Part shown: one piece after another, positions 27,116 through 39,685 of the stretch | How positions within the stretch are numbered: position 1 is the first letter of the stretch | Layout: each line of letters opens with the position of its first letter | DNA from: Mobula birostris | Taxonomy: Eukaryota | Direction: 5' to 3' | Length of the DNA stretch: 64,000 bases | Assembly (NCBI RefSeq): GCF_030028105.1 | Contig: NC_092382.1 | Location: 27,631,792-27,695,791, forward strand | Position numbers and translations under genes: made by a program | Notes under the pieces: generated by a model | The model's input: only the letters and a program-made list of their open reading frames with translations | Told to the model about the DNA's origin: nothing | Databases searched by the model: none

Positions 27116-28050
27116 TAAAAAAAACAAATTGTGGACGGCAGGAGGAATGGAGACAGGCTAATCCCGATTGACATCAATGGATCTGGGGTTGAGAGGGTGA
27201 ACAGCTTTAAGTCCTTGGCATAAACATCACCGAGGATCTCACATGATCTGTACATACCGGCTGTGTTGTGAAAAAAGCACACCAGCACCTCTTTCACCTC
27301 AGACGGCTGAAGAAGTTCGGGATGGGCCCCAAATCCTAAGAACTTTCTACAGGGACACAATTGAGAGCATCCTGACTGGCTGCATCACTGCCTGGTATGG
27401 GAACTGTACTTCCCTTAATCGCAGGAACCTGCAGAGAGTGGTGCAGACAGCCCAGCACATCTGTAGATGTGAACTTCCCACTATTCAGGACATTTACAGA
27501 GACAGGTGTGTAGACAATAGACAATAGGTACAGGAGTAGGCCATTCAGCCCTTCGAGCCAGCACCACCATTCACTGTGATTATGGCTGATCATCCACAAT
27601 CAGTACCCTTTTCCTGCCTTCTCCCCATATCCCTTCACTCCGTTATCTTTAAGAGCTCTATCTAACTCATTTTTGAAAGAATCCAGAGAATTGGCCTCCG
27701 CTGCCTTCTGAGGCAGAGCATTCCACAGAACCACAACCCTCTGTGTGAGAAAGGGCCCAAAGCATATTGGCGACCCAACTCACCACAACCTGTTCCTGCT
27801 GCTACCATCCAGGAAATGGTACCACAGCAAAAGGACCAACAGGCTCCGGGACATCATCTTCTACCAGGCCATCAGACTGATTAATTCATGCTGATACAAG
27901 TGCATTTCCATGTTATATTGACTGCTGTATGTACAAACTATTTATTATAAATGACCATAAATTATATATTGCACATTCAGACGGAGATGTAATGTAAAGA
28001 TTTCTACTCCTCATGTATAGGAAGGATATATGTAATAAAGTCAATTCAAT
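27116..28050 (+). mobile_element. Older Rex 3' fragment (paralog of 905-1662), interrupted by a CR1 3' end at 27511-27748 (minus)
   Basis: IESILTGCITAWYGNCT; CR1 tail AGACAATAGACAATAGG inserted at GTGTG. Confidence 0.82.
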
Positions 28051-29145
28051 TGAATTCACCCTCCCCACTATCTGTTCTGTCATTCTATCTCCCAAATCCC
28101 CTACAACTTATTTTAACCACATCACCCCTCCACCCACACTAGCACTAGCGAGCCTCACCACTGGGATATTAGTCCCCTCTTGTTCTGTTCCTCTAACTAA
28201 CGAATCCCCTCTCACCCCTTTGATTTTCCTCTGTCAGTAATCCCCTCAACAGTTTCTAAAGTGGTCCACCTGTTGTTGTGTGGGATGGACACAAGAGTAC
28301 TCTGCGATGGCTATTTAACCTCATTCCCCTTCCTGACTCTCACCCAGTTTCTTATGTCCTGAACCTTGGGTGTAACTCACCTCTCTTCATGTCATATCAA
28401 TCACCGCCTCCATCTCCTGGATGATCCAGAATTCATCCATTTCAACTCCTTAAAGTGCAGGGTTACAAGCTGCAGCTGGATGCACATCTTGTAGGTGAGG
28501 GCATCGGGGACACTGGAGGTCTCCCCTGTAATTTGTAATGACCAGTGTGCGGAAAAATCTTGTGCTGTGCAATTTTTTGCCCAGTGACAACGTGTGGGCA
28601 CTAAAATTTTGAGCTATTCATTTTAACAGCTAGCAAATCACTGTTAATAAGAACTTTGATCTCCTCTGGGTTTGATGGAGTTCATCTGCACTCTCACACA
28701 ACCAATGTCGCAGGCCTGTAACGGGTAATGTAGGAATTTCTCGCCAGAGCTTTTGCACATTGTCCATATCTGATTTGCTTGCTAAATGACGCTTTAAAAA
28801 GTCAGATTCAAACTATCACTCCACTTCTTACCACTTTCAAATTCTCTAGCAACTTTTGCATCACCACAATACACACAGGTAACACCAGTTTCTGTATTGT
28901 ACATAAATATTTCCCCTGAACCCTCCCCGAGGTGACTGACGGTGGTGAACTCAGTGATGGCAATGCCAATGAATATGAAGGGAAGGGCAGTAGTCTGTCT
29001 CATTGGAGTCTGGCACATTTGTGATGTGAAAGCTACTTGTTGCCCAGGGCAAAGGTGTTTGATATCATTATGTACTCAGAGAGAGTGGGACAAAACATGT
29101 TCTCACGGGTAGAAAAGTCCAGAACAAGAGGAGGTGGAACAAGCA

Positions 29146-29278
29146 ACAGACACAAAATGCTGGGGGAACTCAGCAGGCCAGGCAGCATCTATGGAAAAGA
29201 GTACTAATGCTGAGTTCCTCCAGCAATTTGTGTGTGTTGCTCGGATTTCCAGCATCTGCAGATTTTCTCTTGTTTGTG
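29146..29278. mobile_element. Inverted pair of Penelope-like terminal fragments with the centre deleted (paralog at 63886-64000)
   Basis: CACAAAATGCTGGGGGAACTCAGCA ... TGCTGAGTTCCTCCAGCAATTTGTG. Confidence 0.7.
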
Positions 29279-29485
29279 ACTGGAGGCAGAACAAAGGTGA
29301 TTTTCACAACAGCTGATGTAAAAGATTTTGTTCCCTTTCTCCGAGTTCCCGATCCTTGCATTTAGACAGCTGGAGCTCAGCTCTGTCTGAGAGACCCATC
29401 GGTTCCCATTCCCTCATCAGCCGGAAGCTCCCCGGGGCCCGTGTACGGATGGTGGGGCTGAGAGAGAGGGAAGAGAGCAGGACTG
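29255..29485 (-). repeat. 231-bp perfect inverted repeat, arm 1 (arm 2 at 35277-35507)
   Basis: Base-by-base reverse-complement identity by eye. Confidence 0.85.
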
Positions 29486-29579
29486 CCCCGGGATTGCGGG
29501 TCACGGAGTCCGGAGTCACAGCAACTACCCGAAGTCGGTGTTGAAAACGCCGCCCGGTGAGACCCCCAACCCGGAGACC

Positions 29580-29960
29580 CCTTCTCACCTCAACCGATCA
29601 TCCGGGGCCTTTTGTGCCCCGCGCGCTGGTGAGCTCGAGCTTGGTCGGTTTAACGGCTGGGCTACTGATCACGTGACCAGCCCCTCCCCCACCGCTGTCA
29701 ACAGAGCATTCATGCGCTGCTCTATTCTCATTGGTGCGAAGCGATGTCAATCACTGCTTCCAGCCAATAGCGGAGGTGGACCAACCGAGAGGGCGTTACC
29801 TCCGCCGACACCGTCTCCCGAACTTTCCGTCACGGCGGGACAACCGTCAAAGTAAATGTCCGCTTTCTGATTTATTTCCATTTCCCTCCGAGGGAAGTTG
29901 GGCGTTTGTGAAGCGTCTCCTGCGGCCGGAGTCTGATGTGTCGCTGAGAGGTAGGAGGAG
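29580..29960. promoter_or_regulatory. CpG-rich, probably bidirectional promoter and first exon(s)
   Basis: E-box TCACGTGAC 29669-29677; opposed CCAAT boxes 29730-29734 and 29764-29768; GC-box-like tract; donors AG|GTGAGA (minus, 29589/29588) and AG|GTAGGA (plus, 29950/29951). Confidence 0.7.
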
Positions 29961-30249
29961 ACCGCTCGGCCCGTCGGTTTGATGCCGGTTCCCCGGGGAG
30001 GGAGAGGATGAAGACGGTGAGAGAGGGGGCGGACAGGATGTTTGTCCCGGTGGGGACAGGAGGGGCTCATCTGTGGAAATGTCTGAGCCCACGGTGGTGG
30101 CGATTCACCACATTGGGGGGCAAACACCGGCAGACTGTTGCCCTGCAAGCGGGGCCAATGGTCCGGGCAAAGTGACAATTATTTGTGTTTTGTTGAGACT
30201 GTACCGGGAATATGGTGTAAAATCCCGCTCCCCACACTAACACGGGTCA

Positions 30250-30520
30250 CACAGACCAAAGAACAAACTGCCGGAGGAACTCAGTGGGTCGGGCAGCATC
30301 TGTGGAGGGAAATGGACCGTCAACATTTCGGGCCGAGACCCTCCCTCTGGACTGAGAGTGGACGGGAAATAGTCCGAGAAAAGAGGTGAGGGGTGGGGAT
30401 GGGGCAAGAGCTGGGGAGTGAGAGGTGGATCCAGGTGAGGGGGAGGTGGGAAGGTGGAAATAGTGACGGGGGTGGGAGGTGAGTGGTTGGGACAACACGG
30501 GGCTGCAGGAGATGGAAATT
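30250..30520 (-). mobile_element. Diverged Penelope-like terminal repeat with decayed hammerhead core
   Basis: Minus strand CAGTCCAGAGGGAGGGTCTCGGCCCGAAATGTTGAC. Confidence 0.65.
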
Positions 30521-31046
30521 AATTCCATAGAGGATTAACAAAGAGGTTAGAGAGTATTTGTTATAGAGAGTGCAATGAAGATTCACCAGACTGATCCCTG
30601 GAGTGGTGGGGTCATCATATGAAGAAAGATCAAATGCGATAACCCTTTCATTTGGAGAATCGAGGACTGAGAGGTGAACACATTGAAATGCACAACATCA
30701 TTACCGGCTGAACCAGGGATCCCAGTCTCTGAAAAAGGGGGTGGACTCTCTGGGACTGAGATGAGGGGAAATGTCTCCATTCTGAGGGTGGTGAATGTTT
30801 GTAAATCCCCACCACAGAGGCCAGTGAAGACTCAGTGATCATCCTCACATAAAACAGAGGCCAGCAGATGTGTGGAGACCGAAGGGATCGAGGAAATGAG
30901 GATTGGGCAGAAACATGTGGCTGAGATGGGAGAGCAGCTGTCATCTTCTTGATGGTTAGAGGGGCCGAATGGCCACCTCCTGCTGTTTCTCACTTGATGT
31001 TTCAGTGTTCCTGTCCAGTGAGGCTGGAGGAATGTGAATAGAAATT

Positions 31047-32203
31047 AGAAACATCGAAAAACTACAGCAGAACATAGGCCCCTCAGCCACAATGCTGTGC
31101 CTTACCTCATATATATCCTTACCTCCGAAATTACCTCGGGTTACCCATAGCCCCCTATTTTTCTAACTTCCATGTCCAGGAGTCTCTTCAAAGACCCTAT
31201 CATATCCACCTCCACCTCCATCGCCAGCAGCCCATTCCAGACACTCACCACTCTCTGTGCAAAAAAAAACTTAACTTACCCCTGACATCTCCTCTGCACC
31301 TACTCCCCAGCACCTTAAACCTGTGTCCTCTTGTGGCAACCATTTCAGCCCTGGGAAAAAGCCTCTGACTATCCACAAGATCAATGCCTCTCATCATCTT
31401 ATACACCTCTATCAGGTCACCGCTCATCCTCTGTCGCCCCAAGGAGAAAAGGCCATGTTCACTCAACCTATTCTCATAAAGCATGCTCCCAATCCAGGCA
31501 ACATCCTTGTAAATCTCTTCTGCACTCTTTCTATGGTTTCCACGTCGTTCCTGTCGTGATGTGAACAGAACTGAGCACCGTACTCCAAGTGGGGTTGACC
31601 AGGGTCCTATTTAGCTGTAACGCTACCTCTCAGCTCCTAAACTCAATCTGAGGGTTGATTAAGGCCAATGCACCGTACGCCTTCTTAACCACAGAGTCAA
31701 CCTGCGTAGCAGCTTTGAGTGACTTATGGACTCGGACCACAAGATCCCTCTGATCCTCCACACTGCCAAGAGTCTTACCATTAATACTATATTCTGCCAT
31801 CATATTTGACCTACCAAAGTGAACCACCTCACACTTGTCTGTGTTGAATTCCATCTTCTACTTCTCAGCCCAGTTTTGCATCCTATCAATGTCTGCTGTA
31901 ATCTCTGACAGCCCTCCACACTATCCACAACACCTCCAACCTTTGTGTCATCAGCAAATTTACTAACCCATCTGTCCACCTCCTCATCCAGGTCATTTAT
32001 AAAAATCACGAAGAGTAAGGGTCCCAGAACAGATCCCTGAGGCACACCACTGGTCACCGACCTCCATGCAGAATATGACCTGTCTACAACCACTCTTTGC
32101 CTTCTGTGGGCAAGCCAGCTCTTGATCCACAAAGCAATCTCCCCTTGGATCCCAGGCCTCCTTACTTTCTCAATAAGCCTTGCATGGTGTACCTTATCAA
32201 ATC
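31047..32203 (-). mobile_element. CR1 LINE RT/3' fragment
   Basis: SGVPQGSVLGP, KFADDTK, KCEVVHFG. Confidence 0.9.
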
Positions 32204-32632
32204 CAACGTTCTTCTGATGTTAGCCTTAAACTAGACTGGTGTTTAATATTGTGGATCTGTAAAAGATAAATCAGTTCTGTTTCAAATCTCATGTCACAGA
32301 TACTTACTGTCTCTACCACACTCACTCTGTACACTAGAGAGGCCACTCAGTCCGTCTGGTCCCTGCTCATGTTTCTGTTCCATATCAGTATTTTACAGTC
32401 TAGCCCTGTTGTTCACTTCACCTCTCACTCTCCCCATGATGACAGGTTGCAACTCGTCACTACTCTGCAGGAGAAGAGATTTCCCTTGAACTTCATAGAA
32501 TCAGAAATCTAGAGCAGATTACAGGCCCCTCAGCTCACAATGTTGTGCCAATCATGTAACCTACTCCAGAAACTGCCTGGAATTTCCCGACCGCATTGCC
32601 CTCTATTTTCCTAAGCTCCATGTACCTGTCTA

Positions 32633-34124
32633 TTGGTAATCATTTTCCAATGTTCTATAGATTCAGGATCAGTTCCTGCAGATTGGAGGGTAGCTAATGT
32701 TATCCCACTTTTGAAGAAAGGAGGGAGAGAGAAAACAGGCAATTATGGACCAGTTAGTCTGACATCAGTGGTGGGGAAGATGCTGGAATCAATTGTAAAA
32801 GATGTAATAGTGGCACATTTGGATAGCAGTGGCAGGATAGGTCCCAGTCAGCATGGATTTACATAGGGGAAATCATGCTTGAATGATCTTCTGGAATTTT
32901 TTGAGAATGTAACTATGAAAATGGACATGGGAAAGCAAGTGGATGTAGTGTACCTGGACTTTCGGAAAGCATTTGATAAGGTCCCACATAGGAGGTTAGT
33001 GTGCAAAATTAGAGCAAATGGTATTGGGGGTAGGGTACTGACATGGATAGAAAATTGGTTGGCAGACAGGAAACAAAGAGTAGGGATTAATGTGTCCTTT
33101 TCAGGCAGTGACTAGTGGGGTACCGCAAGGCTCGGTGCTGGGAACACAGCTATTTACAATATACATTAATGATTTAGATGAAGGGATTAAAAGTAACATT
33201 AGCAAATTTGCAGATGACACAAAGCTGGGTGGCAGTGTGAAATGTGAGCAGGACGTTATGAGAATGCAGGGTGACTTGGACAGGTTGGATGAGTGGGCAG
33301 ATGCAGTTTAATGTGAATAAATGTGAGGTTATCCACTTTGGTGGCAAGAACAGGAAGGCAGATTACTTTCTAAATGGTGTTAAGTTAGGAAAAGGGGAAG
33401 TACAACGAGATCTCGGTGCTCTTGTTCATCAGTCACTGAAAGTGAGCATGCAGGTACAGCAGGCAGTGAAGGAAGCTAATGGCATGCTGGCCTTCATAAC
33501 AAGGGGAATTGAGTATAAGAGCAAAGAGGTCCTTCTGCAGTTGTACAGGGCCCTGGTGAGACCACACCTGGAATATTGTGTACAGTTTTGGTCTCCAAAT
33601 TTGAGGAAGGACATTCCAGCTATTGAGGGAGTGTAGCATAGTTTCACAAGGTTAATTCCCGGGATGGTGGGACTGTCATATGTTGAAAGATTGGAGCAAC
33701 TGGGGTTATATACACTGGAATTTAGAAGGATGAGAGGGGATCTGATTGAAATGTATAAGGTTGTTAAGGGATTGGACACACTGGAGGCAGGAAACATGTT
33801 CCCGATGTTTGGGGAGTCCAGAACCAGAGGCCACAGTTTAAGAATAAGGGGTGGACAATTTAGAATGGAGTTGAGGAAAAACTTTTTCACCCAGAGGGTT
33901 GTGGTTCTGTGGAATGCTCTGCCTCAGAAGGCAGTGGAGACCAATTCTCTGGATTCTTTCAAAAAAGAGTTAGATAGAGCTCTTAAAGATAGTGGAGTGA
34001 AGGGATATGGGGAGAAGGCAGGAACTGGATACTGATTGTGGATGATCAGCCATGATCACAGTGAATGGTGGTTCTGACTCAAAGGGCTGAATGGCCTACT
34101 CCTGCACCTATTGTCGATTGTCTA
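32633..34124 (+). mobile_element. CR1 LINE RT region, nested in an opposite-strand CR1 3' end (32495-32632 + 34125-34326)
   Basis: YLDFRKAFDKV, GVPQGSVLG, FADDTK; TGTCTA at both junctions. Confidence 0.9.
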
Positions 34125-35069
34125 AGAGTGTCTTAAAAGACCCTACTGTATCCACGTCTACCAATGTCTCTGGCTGTGCATTCCACACACCCACCACTCT
34201 TTGATATCTCCTGTGTGCCTGCTTCCAAGCACCTTAAAACTATGCCCCTTGTGTTAGGCATTTCAGCCCTGGGAAAAAGCCTCTGGCTATCCACACGACC
34301 AATATCTCTCATCAACTTATACACCTGCATGAATTTCCTGCATGATTTTCCCCAGGCTGAATAAGACGATGAGCTCCCTGTGTATTTGAAGTTCTTCAGT
34401 GCTAAGAAGTAATTTAGCTAAACTCCTTCTTCGCTGATCTTTTCAACGTTTTTGGTCATTTTCACTAATTTCAAAGGACTGTGCCTCAGACAGCTGGGCT
34501 GTTGCAAAGCGCCTCTAAAGTCTGACAGCAGACTAGCGAATGATTCTTTGATGGAGCAGAGTCAGAAACCAATGAGATGCCGGCCTGAGTCAGGGCTTTG
34601 AGGCTCCAGAGAGAGATGTGGTCTAGAGTTTATGAGGAGGAGGAGGAATCAGACCAGCAATTTGTGTCTACAAATGAAACATTTGGAAACTGATTGATTG
34701 AAAAAAAAATGTTGGTTAATTTCTGCAAAATACTGGAAGAAATCAGCAGATCTGGCAACAAATGTGGAGAGGAATAAGTAGATAACATTCAGGCCGAACC
34801 CTTTCAGCATGCCTAGACTATGTACTCCTCTGCTTAGTCGCTACCTGAACTGCAGAGTTCCTCCTGCATTTTGTGTGTTTCCGTCTCTGTACTTCCAGCA
34901 ACTGCAGAATCTGTTGTGTTTTATATCTACGTTTGTAAGAGGATTTTACTTTGGCATTTGATACACGTTGATATTGAGTATATTGTTTATGGGAGCCGCT
35001 TTCTTCGTTAAAACAGCTGCTGAACAAAAAAAACTTAGGTATGGACATGGAACAGGTGCTTACAGAAAC

Positions 35070-35220
35070 TTGTAATGGCGCCGTGATTACCCATAAATCC
35101 CTGCATTAGAAATTTCGCCGAAGCACCGATCAAATGCGCAGGCGTAAAGGTTGTGACGTTGTCGAATATCACGCATGCGCGCAGTACAGTGGGCCTAAGT
35201 AGATCTGCTGCAGGTAAGAG
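35070..35220 (+). promoter_or_regulatory. CpG-rich promoter and first exon of ZNF gene C
   Basis: YY1-like AATGGCG 35074; NRF1-like TGCGCAGGCGT 35135 and CGCATGCGCGCA 35172; CRE-like TGACGT 35154; strong donor CAG|GTAAGA at 35213/35214. Confidence 0.7.
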
Positions 35221-35559
35221 GGAGCCTCCGGGACAATTGCTGTTAATTCCGGACACCGTGGCCCGAAATCCCGGGACAGTCCTGCTCTCTTCCCTCTCTC
35301 TCAGCCCCACCATCCGTACACGGGCCCCGGGGAGCTTCCGGCTGATGAGGGAATGGGAACCGATGGGTCTCTCAGACAGAGCTGAGCTCCAGCTGTCTAA
35401 ATGCAAGGATCGGGAACTCGGAGAAAGGGAACAAAATCTTTTACATCAGCTGTTGTGAAAATCACCTTTGTTCTGCCTCCAGTCACAAACAAGAGAAAAT
35501 CTGCAGAGAGGGCACAGTTTTAAGGTGCTTGGAAGTAGGTACGAGGGAGATGTCAGGGG

Positions 35560-35738
35560 TGTTGTGTTCTTTATACGTACCGTGGGTTACTAATAACAAA
35601 TTATATTCTGGCAGAATTGAACTTTAACTTAACAGCAACAAAACCACGTTTTACACTGCCATGCTTCTCGATCATTCTTCATTTCTGCTCATGCTCAGAA
35701 CTCTGTCCAGTCACGTCCTGACACGTGATATCACCTCA
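35560..35738. mobile_element. 179-bp solo LTR inside a CR1 3' fragment (35508-35950)
   Basis: TG...CA ends; 5-bp TSD AGGGG (35555-35559, 35739-35743); removal restores CR1 GATGTCAGGGGT.AGTTTTT. Confidence 0.8.
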
Positions 35739-36126
35739 AGGGGTGAGTTTTTTTTACACAGAGTGGTGAGTGCGTGGAATGGGCTGCCGGCGACTGTGAT
35801 GAAGCCGGACACAATAGGGTCTTTTAAGAGGCTCCTGGATAGGTACATGGTGCGTAGAAAAATACAGGGCTATGGGGAACTCCAGGAAATTTCTAAAGTA
35901 AGTAGCGTTCGGCACAGCATTGTGGGCTGAAGGGCCTGTATTGTGCTGTATTGTATTTGTTGTATAAATGGGGAAGTCACTTACCCATGACCTCTGGTTG
36001 TCGTCCCGCCCAACATCAGTGGTAAAAAAAACTGCTTGCATTTACCCTATCTATACCCTCATACTTTTGTACACTTCCAACAAATCCTCAAAGCAAGGTA
36101 TAATTTCCTTGTTCATGTTTAGAGCC

Positions 36127-38786
36127 TGTAGACCCTGTGTCCATCTCCTGAGTAAATAGAGATGAAAAACATGCTTTGGTTCCGCACGTGGATTGCCATT
36201 CTGGTCTTCTAGAGGACCAACTTGATGCCTTGCAATCCTTTTGCTCTTGATCTATCTCTAGAATCCCTGAGGATTATCCTTCCTCTTTTCTGCGAGGGCA
36301 ATCTCATGCTTTCTTTTAGCCTTCCTGATTTATTTCTTATGTGTCCTCTTGCATTTTTTATACTCCATAAGAACTTACCTGCCTACCCCTATTATGCAAC
36401 TCTGTTTTGTGCTTCACCAGGGTCTGGATATCTCTTGCAAACCAAGGTTCCCTACAGTTTCTATCTTTACCCTTTATTCTGACAGGCACATACTGGCTTT
36501 GTACTTTCAAAATGTCGCTTTGAAGGCCTCCCACTTACCAAGCACACCTTTGCCATAAAGCAGCCTGTCCCAGTCCACAGTTGCCAGATCTAGTGTCATA
36601 ATTCCAGGTGTTGATCCATGTCCTGAACACATCCGCCTTTCCTACGCTGCTCCCTGTATTGAAATATACAGGGCTCAGCATATTCACTGCACCATGCTCA
36701 ACTTTTTCATTCCTGACTTTGTCTGAGGACTGAACAACAACTGTCTCCACAACCCCTCCACTCTCTGTTCTGTTATTCAGGCCCCCATTCCCCCTGCAAC
36801 TTTAGTTTTACCCTCCCCCAGCTCCACCTCCCACCATGCAGCTCTATCACCCCTTTGGCTTTCATCTCCCAGATCAATAAAAAGGAGGTGCATACCAGGT
36901 ACAGGCAGATAAGAACAAATGGGATACTTATGAAGTACAGGAAATTCAGGTGAACACTTATGAAAGAAATAAAAGAAGGCATGAGGTTGCCCCAACAGAC
37001 GAGGTGAAGGAGAATCCTCATGGATTCTGCAGATATGTTAAGTGCGAAAAGATGGCAAGGGGAAAAATTAATTCTCTGGAAGGTCAGAATGGTAATCGAT
37101 ATGAGGAGACAAAATAGATGGGGGAGATATTTTCTGCATCTGTATTTACACAGGAGATGGACACAGTCTATAGAAGTGAGGCAAAGCAGCATCAACTTCC
37201 TGGACCCTGTACAGATTACAGAGGTGGAGGTGTTTGCTGTCTTAAGGCAAATTAGCGTGGAAAAACCCCCAGGGCCCGACAAGTTGTTCCGTGGGACTCT
37301 GCGGCAGACAAGTGCAGAAATTGTCGGGGCAGAAGGACAGATATTTAAATGATCCTTAGAGACAGGTGATGGACAGGTGACGGATTGCAGGACAGCCAAT
37401 GTTGTTCCACTGTTCAAGAAAGGCTCTAAAAATAAACTAGGAAATTATAAATTGGTGAGCTTGACATCAGCAGTGGGAAAGTTATTGGAACGTGTGTGCA
37501 GGAACCGGATATATAAGTATTTGGATAGATGTGGACTGATTAAGGATAGGCAGGATGGCTTTGTGCATAGTAGGTCATGTCCAACCAATCCTATAGAGTC
37601 TCTCGAGGATGCAATCTGGAAAGTGGATGAAGGCAAGGCAGTGGATGTTGTCTACATGGACTTTAGCAACGCACTTGACAAAGTCTCATATCGGAGGTTG
37701 GTCACCAAGGTTCAGTCACTCAGCATTCAAGATGAGATAGTAAATTGGATGAGACACTGTCTTTGGGAGAAGCCAGTGTGTGGTAGCAGATGGTTGCCTC
37801 TCTGACTGGAGGCTTGTGACTAGTGGTGTGCCACAGGGATCGGTGAGGGATCTGTTGTTGTTTGTCATCTATATCAGTAATTTGATGATAACATGGTTAG
37901 CTGGATCAGCAAATTTGAGGATGACACCAAGACTGTGGATGTAGTGGAAAGCAAGAAAAAATATAACTTTCAGTGTGATCTGGATCAGCTGGAAAAATGA
38001 AAAATGGAATTTAATGGAGACAAGTGTGAGGTGTTGCATTTTGGTCGGACCTGGGTCTTACACAGTGAATGGTCGGTTACTGAGTAACGCTGTAGAAGAA
38101 AGGGATCTGGGAATACATGTCCATAATTCACTGAAAGTGGTGACACAGTTAAATAGGGACGGAAAGCAAGATTTTGGCAAAATGACCTTCATGAACCAAA
38201 GTACTGAGTACAGGAGATGGATGTTTTGTTGACATTGTACAAGACAATGGTGAGGCCTAATTTGGAGTATTGTGTGCAGTTTTGGTCACCAACCTACAGG
38301 AAAGATGTAAAAGAGGTTGAAAGAGTTCAGAGAAAATTCACAAGGATGTTGTCAGGTCTGGAGGACTTGGGTTATAAGGAAAGATTGAACAGATCAGGAC
38401 TTTATTCCTTGGAACATAGAAGATTGAGGGGAGATTTGATAGAGGAGTACCACTATTATGAGGGGTATAGATAGGGTAAATGCAAGCTGGCTTTTACCAC
38501 TGAGATGGTGTGGGACGACAACCACACCATGGGTGTGGCCATGGGTTAAGGGTGAAAGGTGAAACGTTAAGGGGAACATGAGGGGAAACTTCTTCACACA
38601 GACGGTCATCCGTGTGTGGAATGAGCAGCCAGAACAAGTGGTGCATGCGAGCTCAATTTCAACATTTAAGAGGTTTGTATAGGTACCTGGATGGTAGGGG
38701 TGTGGGATTGGGCAGTTTAAATAGTTCAGCACAAACTAGATGGCCCAAAGGGCTTGTTTCTGTGTTGTAATTTTCTATGACTATGA
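36127..38786. mobile_element. Degenerate CR1 ORF2 (minus 36127-36810, plus about 36880-38786)
   Basis: ANVVPLFKKG, VYMDFS.A.DKV, VRPNLEYCVQFWSP; CTATGACTATGA tail. Confidence 0.85.
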
Positions 38787-39685
38787 AAAGAACCTGAAAT
38801 AATACAAAAATTCACACTAAGTCCTTTTCACAGCTGTGTGGACCAACCATTCATCTCAGCAGGAATTTTTTATATGGTGTTAAAACTGTGGCAATTTAAG
38901 TTAATAATACATAAAAGAAAATCCCAGATGCACGTCAAGAAAGACAATTTGCCTGATACTGTTTCAGTTACTGTGGGGCCAGGCACCCATGCTGCTCAGC
39001 AGGAACAGGGAGTAATACCAATGGAGAGAGTCAAACTGAGCCAAGGAACAAATTGGAGATGGCAGAAATGCCCCATTCTGATAGAGACAGGAAGAGCATC
39101 AGGGAATTGATGGCCATTCCAGATACCAGCACTGTGCCCAGTCAGAAGATGATTTCTCTGTCCAACTTGGGTTGAACCTCAGTGTAACAGTGTGATACCA
39201 GATCAAACCTTGGCAACTCAAGCAATCTCATCTGAAATGTCCTACACCCACTGATGGATTTTGTAAATCTTTTTACAGGTTAAAAACGAGAAGGAATTTG
39301 TCTCCAGGAATCTCAAACACGACACGCCAGTTTTGCTGTCTCTGTCTAGATATTTAAGAAGTGGAGCAAGGGATTCAATCGACCATCCTTCCTGCTCAGA
39401 CAGTGGGGAGGGATTCACTCGATCATCTGACAGACTGGCACAGTCGTCATTCTACACAGGAGAAAGGCCGTTCACCTGCTCAAACAGTGGGAATCGATTC
39501 ACTCGGTCATCTCAATCGAAAGTACATCAGCAAGTTCACACTGGGCAAGGCCTTTCACCTGTTCTGTGTGTGAGAAAGGATTCAGTCAGTCGTCTCACCT
39601 GTGGACATACCAGTCAGTTCACACTGGGCAGGGGCTGGTCATCTGCTGAATTTCTGGGTAAGGATTCACTTAGTCATCTAACCTA

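Larger units (their letters stand above)
19801..29535 (-). repeat. Segmental duplication unit, copy B (first intron to ZNF exon) with three copy-specific insertions
   Basis: Colinear with copies A and D once 22239-23456, 24622-27115 and 27511-27748 are removed. Confidence 0.88.

Noticed and set aside
29304-30178. ORFs in the GC-rich promoter region as protein genes or a KRAB exon
   Set aside because: Stop-poor GC-rich DNA; no KRAB, SCAN or BTB motif recognised
34330-34720. Unassigned segment as a possible exon
   Set aside because: Stops in the minus frames checked, no long ORF in the track, and no recognisable motif or paralog in the window
35087-35106. ZNF143/SBS-like site TTACCCATAAATCCCTGCA
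   Set aside because: Several mismatches to either known motif; cannot be supported without a matrix scan
35342-35380. CTGATGA in the 231-bp inverted repeat as another hammerhead
   Set aside because: No stem II followed by GAAA and no stem I or III pairing
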